The translations under genes were made by a program, and so were the position numbers. A stretch of 56,951 bases of DNA, the filler included, from Dirinaria sp. TL-2023a (taxonomy: Eukaryota): the NCBI GenBank assembly GCA_051941275.1. It is 4 parts of 4 records of this genome, joined end to end, with 100 filler letters (N's around TTAATTAATTAA, not from the genome) between each part and the next. Parts side by side here need not be neighbours in the genome. Positions count along the whole stretch, not along the records: positions 14,271 to 28,439 come from JAVEBF010000619.1; positions 28,540 to 42,697 come from JAVEBF010000620.1; 2 more parts are not named here. The stretch is one strand, 5' to 3'. Under the pieces are notes generated by a model. The model searched no databases and was not told the origin of the DNA. It was given only the letters and a program-made list of their open reading frames with translations. This document shows positions 22,346-35,323 of this stretch, piece by piece. How positions within the stretch are numbered: position 1 is the first letter of the stretch; each line of letters starts with the position of its first letter.

Positions 22346-25300
22346 TCATTGCTGGCCCTGGGTCATGTTCTGTAACTTTTCTCGTTCGGCGTCGTTCAGG
22401 GAGTGGTAGAGGTCTTGGAACCGTGGATCATTGCCGATCGAGTGGAAGAATCCGACGATATAGCGTTGAGTTTCGTCGTCCGAGGAGCGGTAGTTCCAGC
22501 GTGATTCGTCCAGCACGCCCATAAGGTCTATCAAGTGATCAATTAGCAACCCTCAGCTAGTAGTGTGTCTTAAATTTAACTTACCAGCACGGGTAGATGG
22601 GCTAGACAGGTCAAGGATGTTTGGCTCATCCTCCCACTCGTCATCATCGTCATCACTCGCATGCCCGTCTGTGCTGAACTTGGCGCCACGGAAGTTGCTA
22701 CCTGTAGGTGACGGCGGAACCAGTTCTTGGATAAGCACCTAGAATTGGCTTGCATCAGCACGTTCTCTCTAGATCTGATCCATGGAAAGGGAAACAAATT
22801 ATGAGCGTGACATTGAGGTTACGTCCAGGTACGTTGCTGTTACGAAGGGAGCGGAGGCATGAGAGCGAAAGCAATACTCACTTTGACCAGCTTCAGAGGC
22901 ACTGCAACCGTGGAGAATTGGTCAGGCTCGCGTTTTGATTGGGATCTAGTCTTAATCCGGCTTGTGTTTTGGACGATTAGGTCACCCTGGACCAGGATAC
23001 CGGAGAGTCGCTCATCGTGGAGACCGTAGATGTTCGTTAAGGCGACGACATTCTGACGAATCTCGTCGTAGCCAGAGAAGTTGACTGAGTTTTCCAACCA
23101 CTTTCTCATTACTACTTCGAGGCCAGTTCCAGGGTTGGGTTCCGGAACTTTGACTTGAGATAGAAAGTCAACCACTTCTTGAGCATTGGTAAGGCAGAGC
23201 CGAGCAAAGACCATGACCAGGTTCTGAACAAAATTGGCGTGAGTAGCGGTGCTCAAGCGTATTGCTACGATCTGTAGGAGTTGCATGAGATATGGTCCAA
23301 GCTTTTCTGCACCGGCTTTCTCGACCAGCTCTACAGCAAGACCACCAACCTCAGCAGCCGACGCATCTGCAATGTTGGGGCCCAGTAGACGATCGATGAC
23401 GAGCAGGATAATCTCGAGTCCACCTTTGCCAGTATCTGTATCCTGCCAAGCAAAGACTTGTTCGGGGTCATGAGCGAGTAAATGCTTGATAGTGACTGTT
23501 GCTGACTGATGAATGCTGAAGTCAACGCTCGAGAACAAGAGTCTGTATAATTTAGGCATCACTGTGGCAATGAAACCCTGCGGTAGCGGACTCGGGCCAT
23601 TTTCAGCAAGGCTCGACAGCAATGATACAGCCATATCGCTGAGCGAAGCCTGCTCCGTCATGTCTGCTACATCAAGTGCTCCGGTTAATGTAGGTAGTAC
23701 TTTGGCACAAAGATGTGCATACGGCTCAGCACCCATTGAAGCCATAGCTGATGTAATTGACTCGAAGGCCTCGTTCACAAGCATGGTGGTCTGGAAACTG
23801 CTCGCACCTTGCGACGCCAAGGTAAAAAGCACGTCGAGCGCGGGATGATCTAGGCATTGGCTCGGCGACGCCATGATGGTATCGCGAAGAGTCTCAACGA
23901 GCGTATCTAGAAGGTCTTCGCTCTCTTTGAGATCTTCTAAATCAAGCTTCGAGACGAACTTCGAGATTGCAGCTACTGTTCTCTTTTGAAATTCGGGAGC
24001 ACGCGTTGAGGGCAAGGCTTTCATATATTCTTGCATTGAGCGGATGCAGGACACTCTTACAATCTCCTGGGGACTCTCTTCTAGCGCATTAAGTGTCTGC
24101 TGAGCGAATTCGGGTATTAGATTGACAAAATGGTCACCTGGAGCAGTGACGAGCGCCGCGGCCAGGATGTACGCTCGCGCGGTGAGAAAGTGTTCACTGG
24201 CAGCTACGATGCGTCAGTCGAACAGATCGTAGTACTGAAATGATTGGAAAGCCGTCATAGAGTGGTAGATCGAGCAGGGCCAAAGGAGTACTTACTGTCT
24301 TGCATTGATGCTCGAATGTGATCCAAGAAAATGCGAGCAGCGTCGACGTCCATAACCTTATCGTAAGTTCTGAACTCATCAAGCACTTGCTTCAGCACGA
24401 ACAGCGTGGCTTCCTGCATTTTATATCTGCGTTTAACCCAAGTTAGCATCCCATTGATCGTGAGTTGAGACGAAACTTGCACCACTCACTCTGGCGTGCC
24501 TTGAGACTTGGCTCCACCGGCAAACATAGACTTGCTGAAGTTCAAGAGGCTTTGAACAACCGGAGCTGGCCAGTTACAGAGCTTCACAATGAAGTTGGAG
24601 CAAGCGCTTCGCGTCGAATAATTTGATGTCTCTGCCGTCTCTTCTGCTAAGAAAATGTTGACATCAATCTCCCACATGCCCTCGTCATCCGTGGTAATCT
24701 GGGAGTATCCGACCAAAATCGCTATGACCTGTGCGATCCAAGTCCCGCTCTCGGTAGCATTTGTGACCGTCTCTGGGGTCAGCTGCGCGTCTAGTTCGCG
24801 CCTTACCGTCCCTGTACCAATAAGAGTCTGAATGTAGTCAATCTCTTCCATGACCAAGAAATCAAGTGTGTATGGCAATCTGTCTGCATCCTCCATACGG
24901 CCTTGTCGGTCGCCATCGATGTACATGGCAACATATGGTGCCAGTTGGAGCTGCAGACCCTCCCATACAGCGCTGAAGAGATTCAAGGTATGCGCAGTAA
25001 GGAGTTGCGGGAACAATGTTTGGATCTTGTCCAGTGCCTAACCTAAATCAGCATGTAATGAATGAATATGATGACGCAACGCTTACTTTTACCACTTGTG
25101 TCTTCAACGCGACGACTCCTCGCCATGCATTGATTACCGGGCCTCCTGCATCTTCCTCGTCCTCCGACGGCAAATTCGGTAGCGACAATTTCAGGACGTC
25201 AAGAAAGAAGGGAGCCCACGCGTCTGACGCCTCTTGCATGAACTGCTTGACCGATGTCCTATTCGTTTGGTATACCAATTCCATCGTGTCGAAGCAGGCG

Positions 25301-25899
25301 CGGAAGATTGAAACCGCCAAAGCTCTCGATGTCAATTTCTTCTCGCTGTCGACGGATATGTCGTACAAACACTTCACCAGCTCCACTGCCGAAGCAGAAA
25401 ATTGCTCTTCGTCGAACCCATCTTCTACCAAATTACCAAGGACCACCAATGTACTATGCAGCTGGGCTGGGTCTGCCTGGCGAACCAGCTGCAACAGAGT
25501 GGGGAGTAGAGCAGGCCATGCTTCTGGAAAGTCTGCGCTTGCTATTTTGCTGACCACATCGCTAGCAGCACGAACAACTTTGCCTTCTTCGTCGCCACTT
25601 GTGGCCAGTGACAGGAGTGATTGGCGCACTTGGTCCTTTGTAGGGGCGCTGATGATAGCACCGGCTTCCTCGTACTCTTCTAGCGACGACGACCAGCTCT
25701 TGAGCACCAACCTCTTCAAGCTGAATAGCGCGGACTGGCGTAAGTCTCGGGGCACGGAGGCGTGAGAGGCTATGGAGATTAGGGAGATTGGGAATCGCTC
25801 GTTAGTGGAGAGCTCTGATAATTGGCGCTCCGCGTCATGGCGGACTGCATCATCGGATGCTAGCGTTGCAGAGAGCGAAGCAAGCACTTGGTCCTCCAT
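22346..25899 (-). CDS. KAP114: Importin-9 / karyopherin Kap114, multi-exon
   Basis: IBN_N domain (MEDQVLASLSATL...RHDAERQL...RQSALFSLKRLVLKSWS), KIASADFPEAWPALLP, RMEDADRLPYTLDFLVMEEIDY, AAEVGGLAVELVEKAG, VQGDLIV...RIKTRSQSK..PDQF...VPLKLVK, acidic DDDDDEWED and final DDETQRYIVGFF. Pieces are separated by GT-AG introns. Confidence 0.9.
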
Positions 25900-26171
25900 C
25901 TTGATGTCTCCGAGCTCAAGGCTGCTTCCGACCTTCAATTGATGCTCGGTGGCTCCGTCAATGTCATGCGGTGTTTATTCCAGATCGTTCTTCGAGCTAC
26001 TTTAGCTGAATTTCGGACGCGATTGAACGCGCTGGAGCTATTCGATAGCGCTTGGCCGGATGAGTTAAAGTGCAGCAGATAGGATGTCTTAACTCGACGA
26101 GGACTAGACTTGTATAATGTCCTGTCCGCAATGAGATGAGTTCTGAGTTGCAAAATTGACCATCAACAAAC

Positions 26172-27546
26172 ATGACTTCTAATAGCTATGACACACCTGT
26201 GCTGGACACTTACCACGCTGTCGTGCTAGCTTTCAGTGATTTCCTTACGGTTGCTATTCACACTATCCTTTACGAGCGTAGCATCTACCCTCGAGAGTCC
26301 TTCCTCAGTGCGCGCAAGTACAACTTTCCAGTCAAGCAGAGCAGGCACCCAAAGGTGTGCAAATGGATTCAGGATGCAGTAGCGGCTGTAGTGGTTGAGT
26401 TGCTGAAGGTAAGACTCAGTTCCTGAGTCAGATTGTTCGATGATGTCAATTTCTGTGGAAGTTTATGCGTTACTTTTCCTTTCTCTTGTCTCAGTACGAC
26501 CTCATATTTTGGCCTGTACGGTACTTACTTCGTTATTGATTTGACCTATCAGATTGCATGACCGATGCAGGGGCAATCTATGTGTTGCGTCGAGTTTTGC
26601 AGGTGTTTATCTGAGAGCCAAACTTTGCTTCATGATGTCATTCACGTTGTGCATGTGTAGACAGATACCTGGTTGAAATTATTATGAAAAGGATTGGAAT
26701 GGGAATTACAAAGCGGCCGAGCAATGTCGCACCTACAGAGATCTGTATCAATAATTGCGGCTCTCTCAATGTTCTCCCTGCGATCCATTGAGACCTATGT
26801 AACAACACCTTTGATGTCGCGTTTCTATTTACCGATATACTGCAGCCGAGTATATCTCAATTCTCTTAAATGACTCAGTTCTATAACACCGTTTCGCTGT
26901 TGAAGTCTCTTTCGAAGGAAATGCCACGCTTTCACGTCACCTGGTCTTACAATCCGATCTGTGCAACGCAGCTAATAAGCCTCAGTGTACCGTCGCCTCG
27001 ACCTCCCTCGTCATCCACTCGCCCGCCTCTGAACCGCTGGAGCGGTATCTCTTCTCCACTTCCTCATTTCCCCGAATCCCTTCCTCCGAAACCCTCACCT
27101 CCTTCGCCACGTCAGACAGCCCTCAGTCTGCGACCGCAAACCCCTCCAAGGAGAAAACCTTGAGCCCACCCCCAGCATCGGACCTTCCCGAACAGTTCCG
27201 TGCGACGCTTTCTCGCCTTTCAACACTGGAACGCGATCTGACACCTCTACCACACGACTGCAGCTTTACGGTCGCAATTGAGTTGCGAGACGAGGACGGA
27301 GTGGAAGCGCCGTTAGGCAACCCACAACCATGGATTGCCGCGGAGCCAGGGCTGCAGAAGGAGGGGAAGCGAGGCGAGGAAGATGGAAGAGGAAGTGCAG
27401 AGGGAAGAAAGACGGGGAGGGATATCGGAGGTGTAAGGACCACACCGGTTAGGAGTCTGGAGGCGGGGGCTTTTGTGATGGAGGTTTGGGTTGAGGAAGG
27501 AAAGGGGAAATTTGACGCTCGTGATGGTATCAATGCAGGACAATGA
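26172..27546 (+). CDS. REV7: DNA polymerase zeta subunit Rev7 / MAD2L2 (HORMA domain), 2 exons
   Basis: FSDFLTVAIHTILYERSIYPRESFLSARKYNFPVKQSRHPKVCKWIQDAV. Intron 26409-26985 (GTAAGA...GCTAAT...CAG) joins in frame to CTVASTSLVIHS..EPLERYLFS...EQFRATLSRL...LPHDCSFTVAIEL...PVRSLEAG. Confidence 0.92.
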
Positions 27547-28074
27547 GTCGTTCCACAGGCGTCAAATGGTGACAGTATTCGTCATAGGATAATTTGATGC
27601 TGTTCCAAGCTCCCTCGTCGCCGGCAACAAGAAAACTTAAGTGTCAAAGTTCGCATTGTCGATATGAAATCGCTCTAGCCCTCCATTTTCGATTATTTCT
27701 ATGCTGCACTGCTTAAACGGAGTTTTAATCGGCTTCGACTTCCTAGTTAGAGTGCGCTGGGGGTCTATTACGGAGGCTCTGTGACAACAATTGGATGATG
27801 TACGCTAGGAAACTACAATTGTGTTAAGGTAATATGCTCGCACAGGAAAGATTGGAGTGGAGAAGGAGTGAGATCTGACAAAGATTTGCCATTGATCCTA
27901 CTGCCAACACAGACAACGACAAGATAGAGACCGGTGGAGATGATGGATTAGTCATAGCTGAGCTATTGCAATGACTACTCTATATTATCAATTTCTCAAG
28001 GTCTCTGGCAGAAGTCCGAGATAACCACAGAAGCTGTTGCATACTATACACGCTCCAAACAAGCCATAAACTCG

Positions 28075-28439
28075 TTATCTTTTCTCCTTCCTCGTGCTCC
28101 CTGGTGCCTTTGCCTTACCTGTCGTGCCATGCCTTTCTCCCCTCATCTGCCGAGTATCATTCGCGTTGCCATCTAGGTGTTGGCCAACGAGATCGAATGC
28201 TTCAGGCTGGCCCCCTGCTCTGACTGCAGGGCGCTTATGATGCGGTGCAGCTCTTGGATCTTCATTTTTGGGAGGTCTACGGTGATGATCATGAGCCCCA
28301 TGTGGCGGTACATGGGCACCATGCTGGTGATGCGGTGGTCTTCCACCAAAATGATCTATCATTGGGGCCCCTCGAGCGTGAGCTAGGTATGGATCGTACT
28401 CGTACGGCTCATCCTGAGGATACATCGGCGGCCCACCCG
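28075..28439 (-). CDS. Partial (3') ORF, His/Pro/Gly-rich, open up to the assembly gap
   Basis: The frame is open from the gap (GGPPMYPQDEPYEYDPYL...PPHHQHGAHVPPHGAHDHHRRPP) to a stop at 28075. No family recognised. Confidence 0.4.
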
Positions 28440-28539
28440 NNNNNNNNNNNNNNNNNNNNNNNNNNNNNNNNNNNNNNNNNNNNTTAATTAATTAANNNNN
28501 NNNNNNNNNNNNNNNNNNNNNNNNNNNNNNNNNNNNNNN
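28440..28539. other. Artificial contig-joining linker
   Basis: N-run with central TTAATTAATTAA. Confidence 0.97.
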
Positions 28540-28640
28540 ATACACATACACTAACAAGAAAGACTCCCCTCTTACCAAATCCCAGAATACCACTGTTCTT
28601 TCCCAAGAAGGGATTAATTTTCCCTCAAAATCCTACCTAC

Positions 28641-30404
28641 CTACCCAATAAAAACCGGCTGCTCGCTCCCCCAATACCGGCTCGGCAAGCGCGACGGATT
28701 CTCCACCATCCCCTGACCGGGCATCATATACGTGCACCGCCACCAACAGAACGCGCGGAACATCATCACGATCCACGTCTCATTCACCAGACTCTCCTCG
28801 ATCATCGCATTCTTCCTCCGCATCTCCGCCGCCATGGACGGTATATAATCCCAATAGCAGTGCGCGCCTTCGGCAATCCAGTCCCTGAGGCCGTGATGAT
28901 CGCGCGCTCTGCCGCCGCGGATGTTCTCCTACGCGTCGTTCCAGTAGTGCACCACGTGCTTGACGTGGACGGCCAGAAGATCGGTGTAGCAGAAGTTGAT
29001 TTTCGGGTCGGACTGCAGCGCGGCGAAGTATTCAGTGGTTTGATCCCAGAGATCGTGGACTTTTTCCAGGAACTCGAGCGAGCGGTCGTTGGCTTGCATG
29101 TTGGCTTCGATCTCGTTCTCCCACTCCGGGTACGCGGTTTTCAGGGATTCGTATTGTTCGACGACCCAGAGCCGCTTGTCTGATGAAGTGCTGGGTTTGT
29201 TGTCGCGGATGTGGTCTTGCAGGCGGTGGTGGAAGATCACGAAGCCTTCGCGGTGGCAGGTCAGCCCGACGCAGTATTCGGTTGGGATGGGGACGCGGAT
29301 GATTTTGCTGCCTCGGAGCCGCAGGATCGGAGCCGCCATGGGAATCAGATCCGAGAAGCCGAATGTGCAGGTGCGTTCGATACCTCGGACGTTACGGATT
29401 TGCTGGCTTGTGTTTCCGGATCGGTCAAGCTTGTTCGCGGTGTCGTAGACCTCTTCGATGGAGCTCATATAATAGTTCGGTACGCCGAGAGCTTGACAGC
29501 CGGGCAGGATCCCAAAGCCGAGCATGCTGGCTTCACGCGTGGGGACGAACATTGCGTCCTTTGAAAGTTCTTTGATGGGTAGCGAAGACGAGTCTGAATC
29601 GTATGTTCCAACGCCAGTACGCATGTAGTGCAGCACGACCCCGAGAGAGCGTACAAATGTTGCATAGATGATGTGTCCGTGACCTTGCGCGGACATGATA
29701 CCCTCTTCAGGCCGGAACGAGCTCCATTCCATCCCTAGGCGGCGGGCCATCATGGCTATATCTGCGACAGTGGTCCTGGCCATAGGGCGCAGAAGCTCCG
29801 GCGGCATGAAATCCCACGATCTTTCTTGCAATCGACATGCCACGCTTAGAAGGTTAGTCTTCTGCGGACCCACATAAACTCCTTGTCTCCGTAACTCCCA
29901 TTCGTTGCGGCCCAGATCTTGCAGGAGGACTAACCAGCCAGCCATCTCGTGTCCGGTTTGTGCGGAAGGTGGTAGAATGTACTGAGACTCGAGCTCCGCC
30001 AATCCATCAATTCCAGAGCTCCTCTTGACTAGTGACTTCTGCGATGCAAGATCTGTCGCTTCCGAAGCCATATTCGAGTTAGTATCGGAGCTTATGAGCC
30101 ATTTGAGGCTATTTTTTGAGGCGCCACGACTGGCGTCCGGAACATGATGATTGGAGCCGCGAGGGTATAGACAGATATCTGGAGTGGTGAAAAGCGCCTC
30201 GAAACGAAACTGCGACCAGCGCCATCTCAGCCGAGTCTGCCGTGCCCAATGCCCCATGACCGAGGGCTGGCATCTCCGATAGCCATCTGCTGTTGCGAAG
30301 AATTGACCAAGGAGCTGGGCGGAGGCCACCGCGAGCGCTACCATAGATAGTCCGAGGGCAGCAGCGGCGATATTCACCTCTACAGCGTTACTACCGGAGC
30401 TCAT
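28641..30404 (-). CDS. Modin (MOD-A-like) family membrane protein interrupted by one in-frame TAG at 28931-28929 (editing candidate or pseudogene)
   Basis: N-terminal TM then QLLGQFFATADGYRRCQPSVMGHWA...RWRWSQFRFE and SWDFMPPELLRPMARTTVADIAMMARRLGMEW, as recalled for modin-annotated proteins. The frame continues past the TAG (HYWNDA*ENIRGGRARDHHGLRDWIAEGAHCYWDYIPS) into ORF 28641..28835, ending WIVMMFRAFCWWRC...LPSRYWGSEQPVFIG*. Confidence 0.75.
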
Positions 30405-32250
30405 CTTAATGAATATGGTCGCCTTAATAGAAACTCGGTGTAGTTTTGAAGTCTATCGGTATGATGGTAGGAGAGGCTTGGAGGACAAAAAGCGATAGAG
30501 AGTAATGAATGTTTTACTTGAGGGAAGGTCTGGCCTCGAGCTATATGAGTTCTTTTGGATATGTGAATGGTTCTAGTAATCAATGGATCTTGATATGAAG
30601 GAAATGAATGTCATCAAACTTTGTGTAGTTCATATCCACTTCCTCTGAGGTCACTACCGAGAGACTAGAAGCAATATGTCCGGCTCTAGAGAGGCAGTAC
30701 AGGCTTCTTAAGAAGAATATCAGCTTTTCGATCTCCGGGGGCGACCTTCGAAACAGCCTGATGCAGACGCCCGCTCTCTAAGCGCTTGTGTAACGCTCCG
30801 AACCGCCTGGACGAATTCTCGGTCGCCGTGCAGTGGACCGGCCTAGGAGCCTGTATAATCATGATTGAGGCTAGTGAAGCTGGAAGTCACCTATCCTTTG
30901 CACGGAAATAGTAGTCCAAGGCCACGCTGTTTCGGACAGCGGCAGATGAAGGCGAAGCCTTCCGGGAAACGTGTTTGCTACATCCATGGGATTTAACACA
31001 GTCCTTCATGGCTGATAAAGCGTCTTGGAGGTCACTGAATCACCATTACAATGAGTGAAGTTGGTCCGTTTCGTAGGACCTGTACATGATGTCGCTATGC
31101 TGATAATCACGTGCGGAATCGTGGATGCCCGGGATCGACAAGCCATCTTGGAACATCAGATCGTGATCATTCAAGACGACTTTTGACGTGGTTTTGTTGT
31201 TCCAAGCATCGCATCGCCGAAGTAGTCCCTGTATCGAGGACTGAGCTTTGGTGGCTGAAAGAAATGTTTCCTATCTTGTATTTTGTCCTCTGAAAAGATC
31301 ATGGGTGCCAGGAGTGATTCGCTGATGTCACCCTCGCATGGCATAGTTTACTCAGGGATCTAGGAGCACGTAGCTTCCAGTCCTTGGTCAAACATTGCCT
31401 TACCAAATTTTTTAACATACTTGAAAGGCTGAGATAGATGGAGAGCAACTGCGGCACTTGGCGAGTTGGGTGAGAAGAGAACAATAAGGTAAGGTACCTT
31501 AGTCAGCGGTCCAAGGTCTTGGCTAGTCTCGGACTAACGACGGCCCGATGATGCTCACTAAGTTCGAGGGTTCTCGGTTGTAAGCTACCGGCTTTTTGAC
31601 CTTCCTTCTTCTCTGGGGTCCGTGGGAAGATTTGACTTCAATAAAGCTACGCTTAGACGATGGAACTGAGCTACTTTTGGAGAAAGTAGTTGACGAAATA
31701 TCTGCGCCGGCGACATACTAACAGCACTGAATGAGAGCTTGATCGCATACATAGGCATCAAGATCCATCGTAGGGTTGATTCCAAGATGATAGATGAGGT
31801 GATATTATGAAAGAGGTTCATTCTATGTGGCGTGTTTCGGACGCAAATAAGTATTTCAGTCTCCAGCGCTGCTTTGCTCCCGAGTCATTAACGACCTTGG
31901 AAAGAGGTCAAGAAGTTACTCGCAAATCAAATATGAGAATAAAGGCTTTGAATCTGCAAGGCTGTGATGCAGAAGCTCAAAAACCTCCCCCAATGACACT
32001 TAGCCGGGCATGTGGCCGCGAAATGAAGATGTATATTCGGCCGAATTAGATGTGCATTGAACGACCGCCTGGGGAAGTCATATCTTGGAATAAAAGTCTC
32101 GCTATTCAAGCTTGTCGTGCGTTTGCAAGGATTTGGAGTTGCTTCATCGACCGAAATCCCTCAGCCGTGAGCGTTTGTCCTGCATGAAGATGTGATGACA
32201 CACGCTCAAGTGTATTGTTGTACGTGATTGAATACCAGATGACGACTGGG

Positions 32251-33982
32251 TTACCAGTTCAATACTGAAGGTGGGAACCAGAAAAAGACTAAAAGATAGA
32301 GTTCGACTTGAGCTCCAACGAGAAGCAATATGAAGAGAGTCCATATCCAGGCACGAACTCTCCCCTGGGTCCGAGGGCTCCAGTTCACGGTGAAACGAGC
32401 CCACCAAGCGGAAGGCTTCGAGCTACCAATAATTCCCAGCTCAAGTGCATAGGCTAGGGATATAAAGATGGCCGAAGCCAAAAGACTGCAGCTGAAAGCC
32501 ACAACGTACACGACGACGAACACATCTGTGGCGCCGTAGAATACATCTGAGCCCACGCCGACAATGATACGTGAACCGGGCAATGACGAACCCGGGACTA
32601 CGTACACTGTGCCCGCTGCCAAGACTACGATGGTTCCAAACATGAAGCCGACAAGGGGGTTGAACCAGGAATGCTGATCCGGTCGACCGAGTCCATCAAT
32701 GGCACACATGGTCGTTACGCTCGTATCAATCGCTAAAGGTGGATGGATCGTCTTGTGGAGGGTTCCAAGGAATGCCCACAGAGGGAGGGCAGACAGTAGT
32801 ATAGACAAGACTTGGCCAAACCCCCATGTATCCTCACCAACGAGAGCCGCGTTATATCTAAGGACAACTAACCGAAAAGTGCCCCAGAGCAGTGCTGCAA
32901 GAAGCCAAACAATTTCCCATAGCATGGAAGTCATGATTTCGTACAGAGTCTCCGAGAGCGTGATACACACAAGCAAGAAGCCTCGATATAGCCGTGCGAG
33001 TCTCTTGCTTGTGATGTAGCGCCTCCCAGCGGTCCTGTAAGCTTCACATAGCAGGTTCATTGGCGCTCTTCGAATCCAACTAGTCGCAGTATCTGCAGCA
33101 GGCTTGGAAAGTCGAATGATTCTCGTTACATAGCTTATGACCAGATATGCCAATGAGATAAGTATCAAACTAGTGTTGAACGGAGGCTGGGCCTTGTCCA
33201 AAGGCTGAGAGCCATTACCTGCCGAAGACAGGCTCTCAGCAACCTCTGCACGCCGATGTCTGTTGAAAAGGCATAGCGCAGGGCTTGCGATGTAATTCTG
33301 AAATGACTCGGTGGTATTCACATAAGCTAAACCTGGCACGCCTGTTTCCGAGTTTTCAGTAACGTAACCAGTGGGCTTTAGCGCAGATCCCAATAGGACG
33401 AGGGTAATGCCCATGAATAGGACCCGCCAGAAAGCCATTGTCGGACGTTGTTGAAAGTAGTGGCGGAGCGAGGTCAATGCAGTTAGATGTGTAAGTGCCG
33501 AGAACCATGCCAGATCCACAACCATCTCCCAATGATATTTAGACAGTCCACAAGGGAGTTGTACGTATCCACTCAGCACAATAGCAATACTGGTGACGAC
33601 TTGCGTATCACCTAGGAATAAAACAGCCTCGTCGAATGCTTGAGTCCATCGTTCTGAGGTCTCTTCAGCCTGGATAGTCAGGGCCTTAGGGACGACAAAG
33701 GCAAGAAACGCCCTGTCTACTGAATTCCGTTGCTGACGGCGGTCTATTAAGTAGTGTACGGTGACTAGGATTAAAGTCAGATAGGCGGACAGCATGAAGC
33801 CAATGACGACCTGCTGGATGTTAGTTAAGCTTTCAACCTATTGAACTATCGGATGAGTTAAAAGGCAAGTAGATTTTAGTAATATCGAGTGTCGCTTTAG
33901 GACCACCTACACCGATGCCAGCAATGTCTGGGTTTGGCTCTAGTGCGGACCATGACGTGCAATTTGTGCTTGGACACCTCAT
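32251..33982 (-). CDS. Multi-pass membrane protein of an uncharacterised fungal family (N-terminal NPDIAGIGV motif), 2 exons
   Basis: Exon 1 MRCPSTNCTSWSALEPNPDIAGIG, intron 33910-about 33811 (GTAGGT...ACTAAC...CAG), then VVIGFMLSAYLTL. Family motifs DTQVVTSIAIV, YHWEMVVDLAWFSALTHL and EDTWGFGQVLSILL, with many hydrophobic helices. Confidence 0.85.
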
Positions 33983-35323
33983 GTTGTCTCGAGCCAATAT
34001 GTGGAATGGTGTGTATCCCTATATTGCCGAAGAATGGTAAATTGATGAGCCCGAGGGATCAATGAAATCTTGAGGTATATGATACCTTTCATGGCTCTTT
34101 GCCGGACTATCATGCGGCTTTTATGTGTCATCCAGTGGACCTCTCCAGCCTTGTAGTGCGATGGGGCCATCGACGCAGGCTGACGGCGGCGCTGGGTTTC
34201 ACATGATGCTGGGAGACATGCCTGATAGGAAAGTTGGCTTAGACTCTTGTCGTGAGGATTTGAAGTCATTTCCTAAACTGAAACGTCTAAAGAAGCAAAT
34301 TTCCAATACTGATCGAATTTTCAGCTCAGGGAAATTGGGGCCACAACTGTGCATCGAGCATACCGGACAGGTCATAGAAAGGCCCGCTCACACTGCATGA
34401 GTGCTTGCGCACAGCCTGTGCGGCTCAGGGGGATGTTTTAGTGGCCTCGTTATGATTACCCCCGGAAGCAGGCGACGTTCGTGATCCTGCAAAGTAATAT
34501 ATGATGCAAAGTGCAGTGTATCATCCTTGACGAAATGGCGCACAGCGCCCTCTCAGCGCTTCGGCTTGATGCATATCAGTAACTTGGTATAATGCTGATA
34601 GATCGCAGGTCGGAAAGCCACACCAGGCACATTAACCTCAAGGTAGTAGTTGCCTCGTTGCCTTACTTGCTCTCGTACTCAGATGTACCTCCATTCCATG
34701 CTTACATTTACCCCAACCTGGATCGCAGCGAGACAAATCAAGCCCTTCCCTGGCCTTAGAAGAAACCTATTCTACTTTACAACCAAGCCTAATGTACATT
34801 TACTCCTAGATAACATCACAACACTTTCGGCAGCGGATCATGCCAATTACCAGCTCCGTCAATTCTCGAGCTCGAACGTTTACGGTCTTCGTACTCGTAA
34901 ATTACTTCTTCAAGAGCTTAATTCCACGAGTCTATCTCAATGCTACAAGGTGTCAGTAACTGGCCAAAGAACCATACCGACCATTCTGAATGCCTTTGCT
35001 TGGTCGGCATTGATAGGCCTTCGGAGCTTTAAAGTCTAACTTTTGTAGACGGTATCTCCATCCTGCCACTTCTTGACACGGTTAGACTGTCAGTATCTCT
35101 CCGGCCTGCCGCAAAGATCGGTATGTAGTGAAACTATATTGGGGTGTTACGGTCAGCAGCAGGCCTTGACGATGATGTATTGTATTGTTGCGTTTCGACA
35201 CGGTCCTTTTTACAACTCTGAAACTAAGTTCTTTTCTCCTCTCAACCACTGCTTTGATATCCATCCGAGACTCTCAATTGCAAGTCTCGATCTTGGTATA
35301 TCGCTGCATTTTGTACCGGGTCA

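Noticed and set aside
25016..25765. 249-aa plus-strand ORF and other long antisense ORFs over coding genes
   Set aside because: Antisense shadows of importin-9, het-c, striatin, the kinase and the modin-like gene, with no independent motifs.
4296..27546. RAD14 and REV7 as a DNA-repair cluster
   Set aside because: They are on different contigs, over 20 kb apart, with unrelated genes between them.
771..30404. Apparent cluster of fusion/incompatibility genes (striatin, HeLo-like, het-c, modin)
   Set aside because: These genes lie on three different contigs joined by artificial linkers and are interspersed with housekeeping genes, so clustering cannot be supported.
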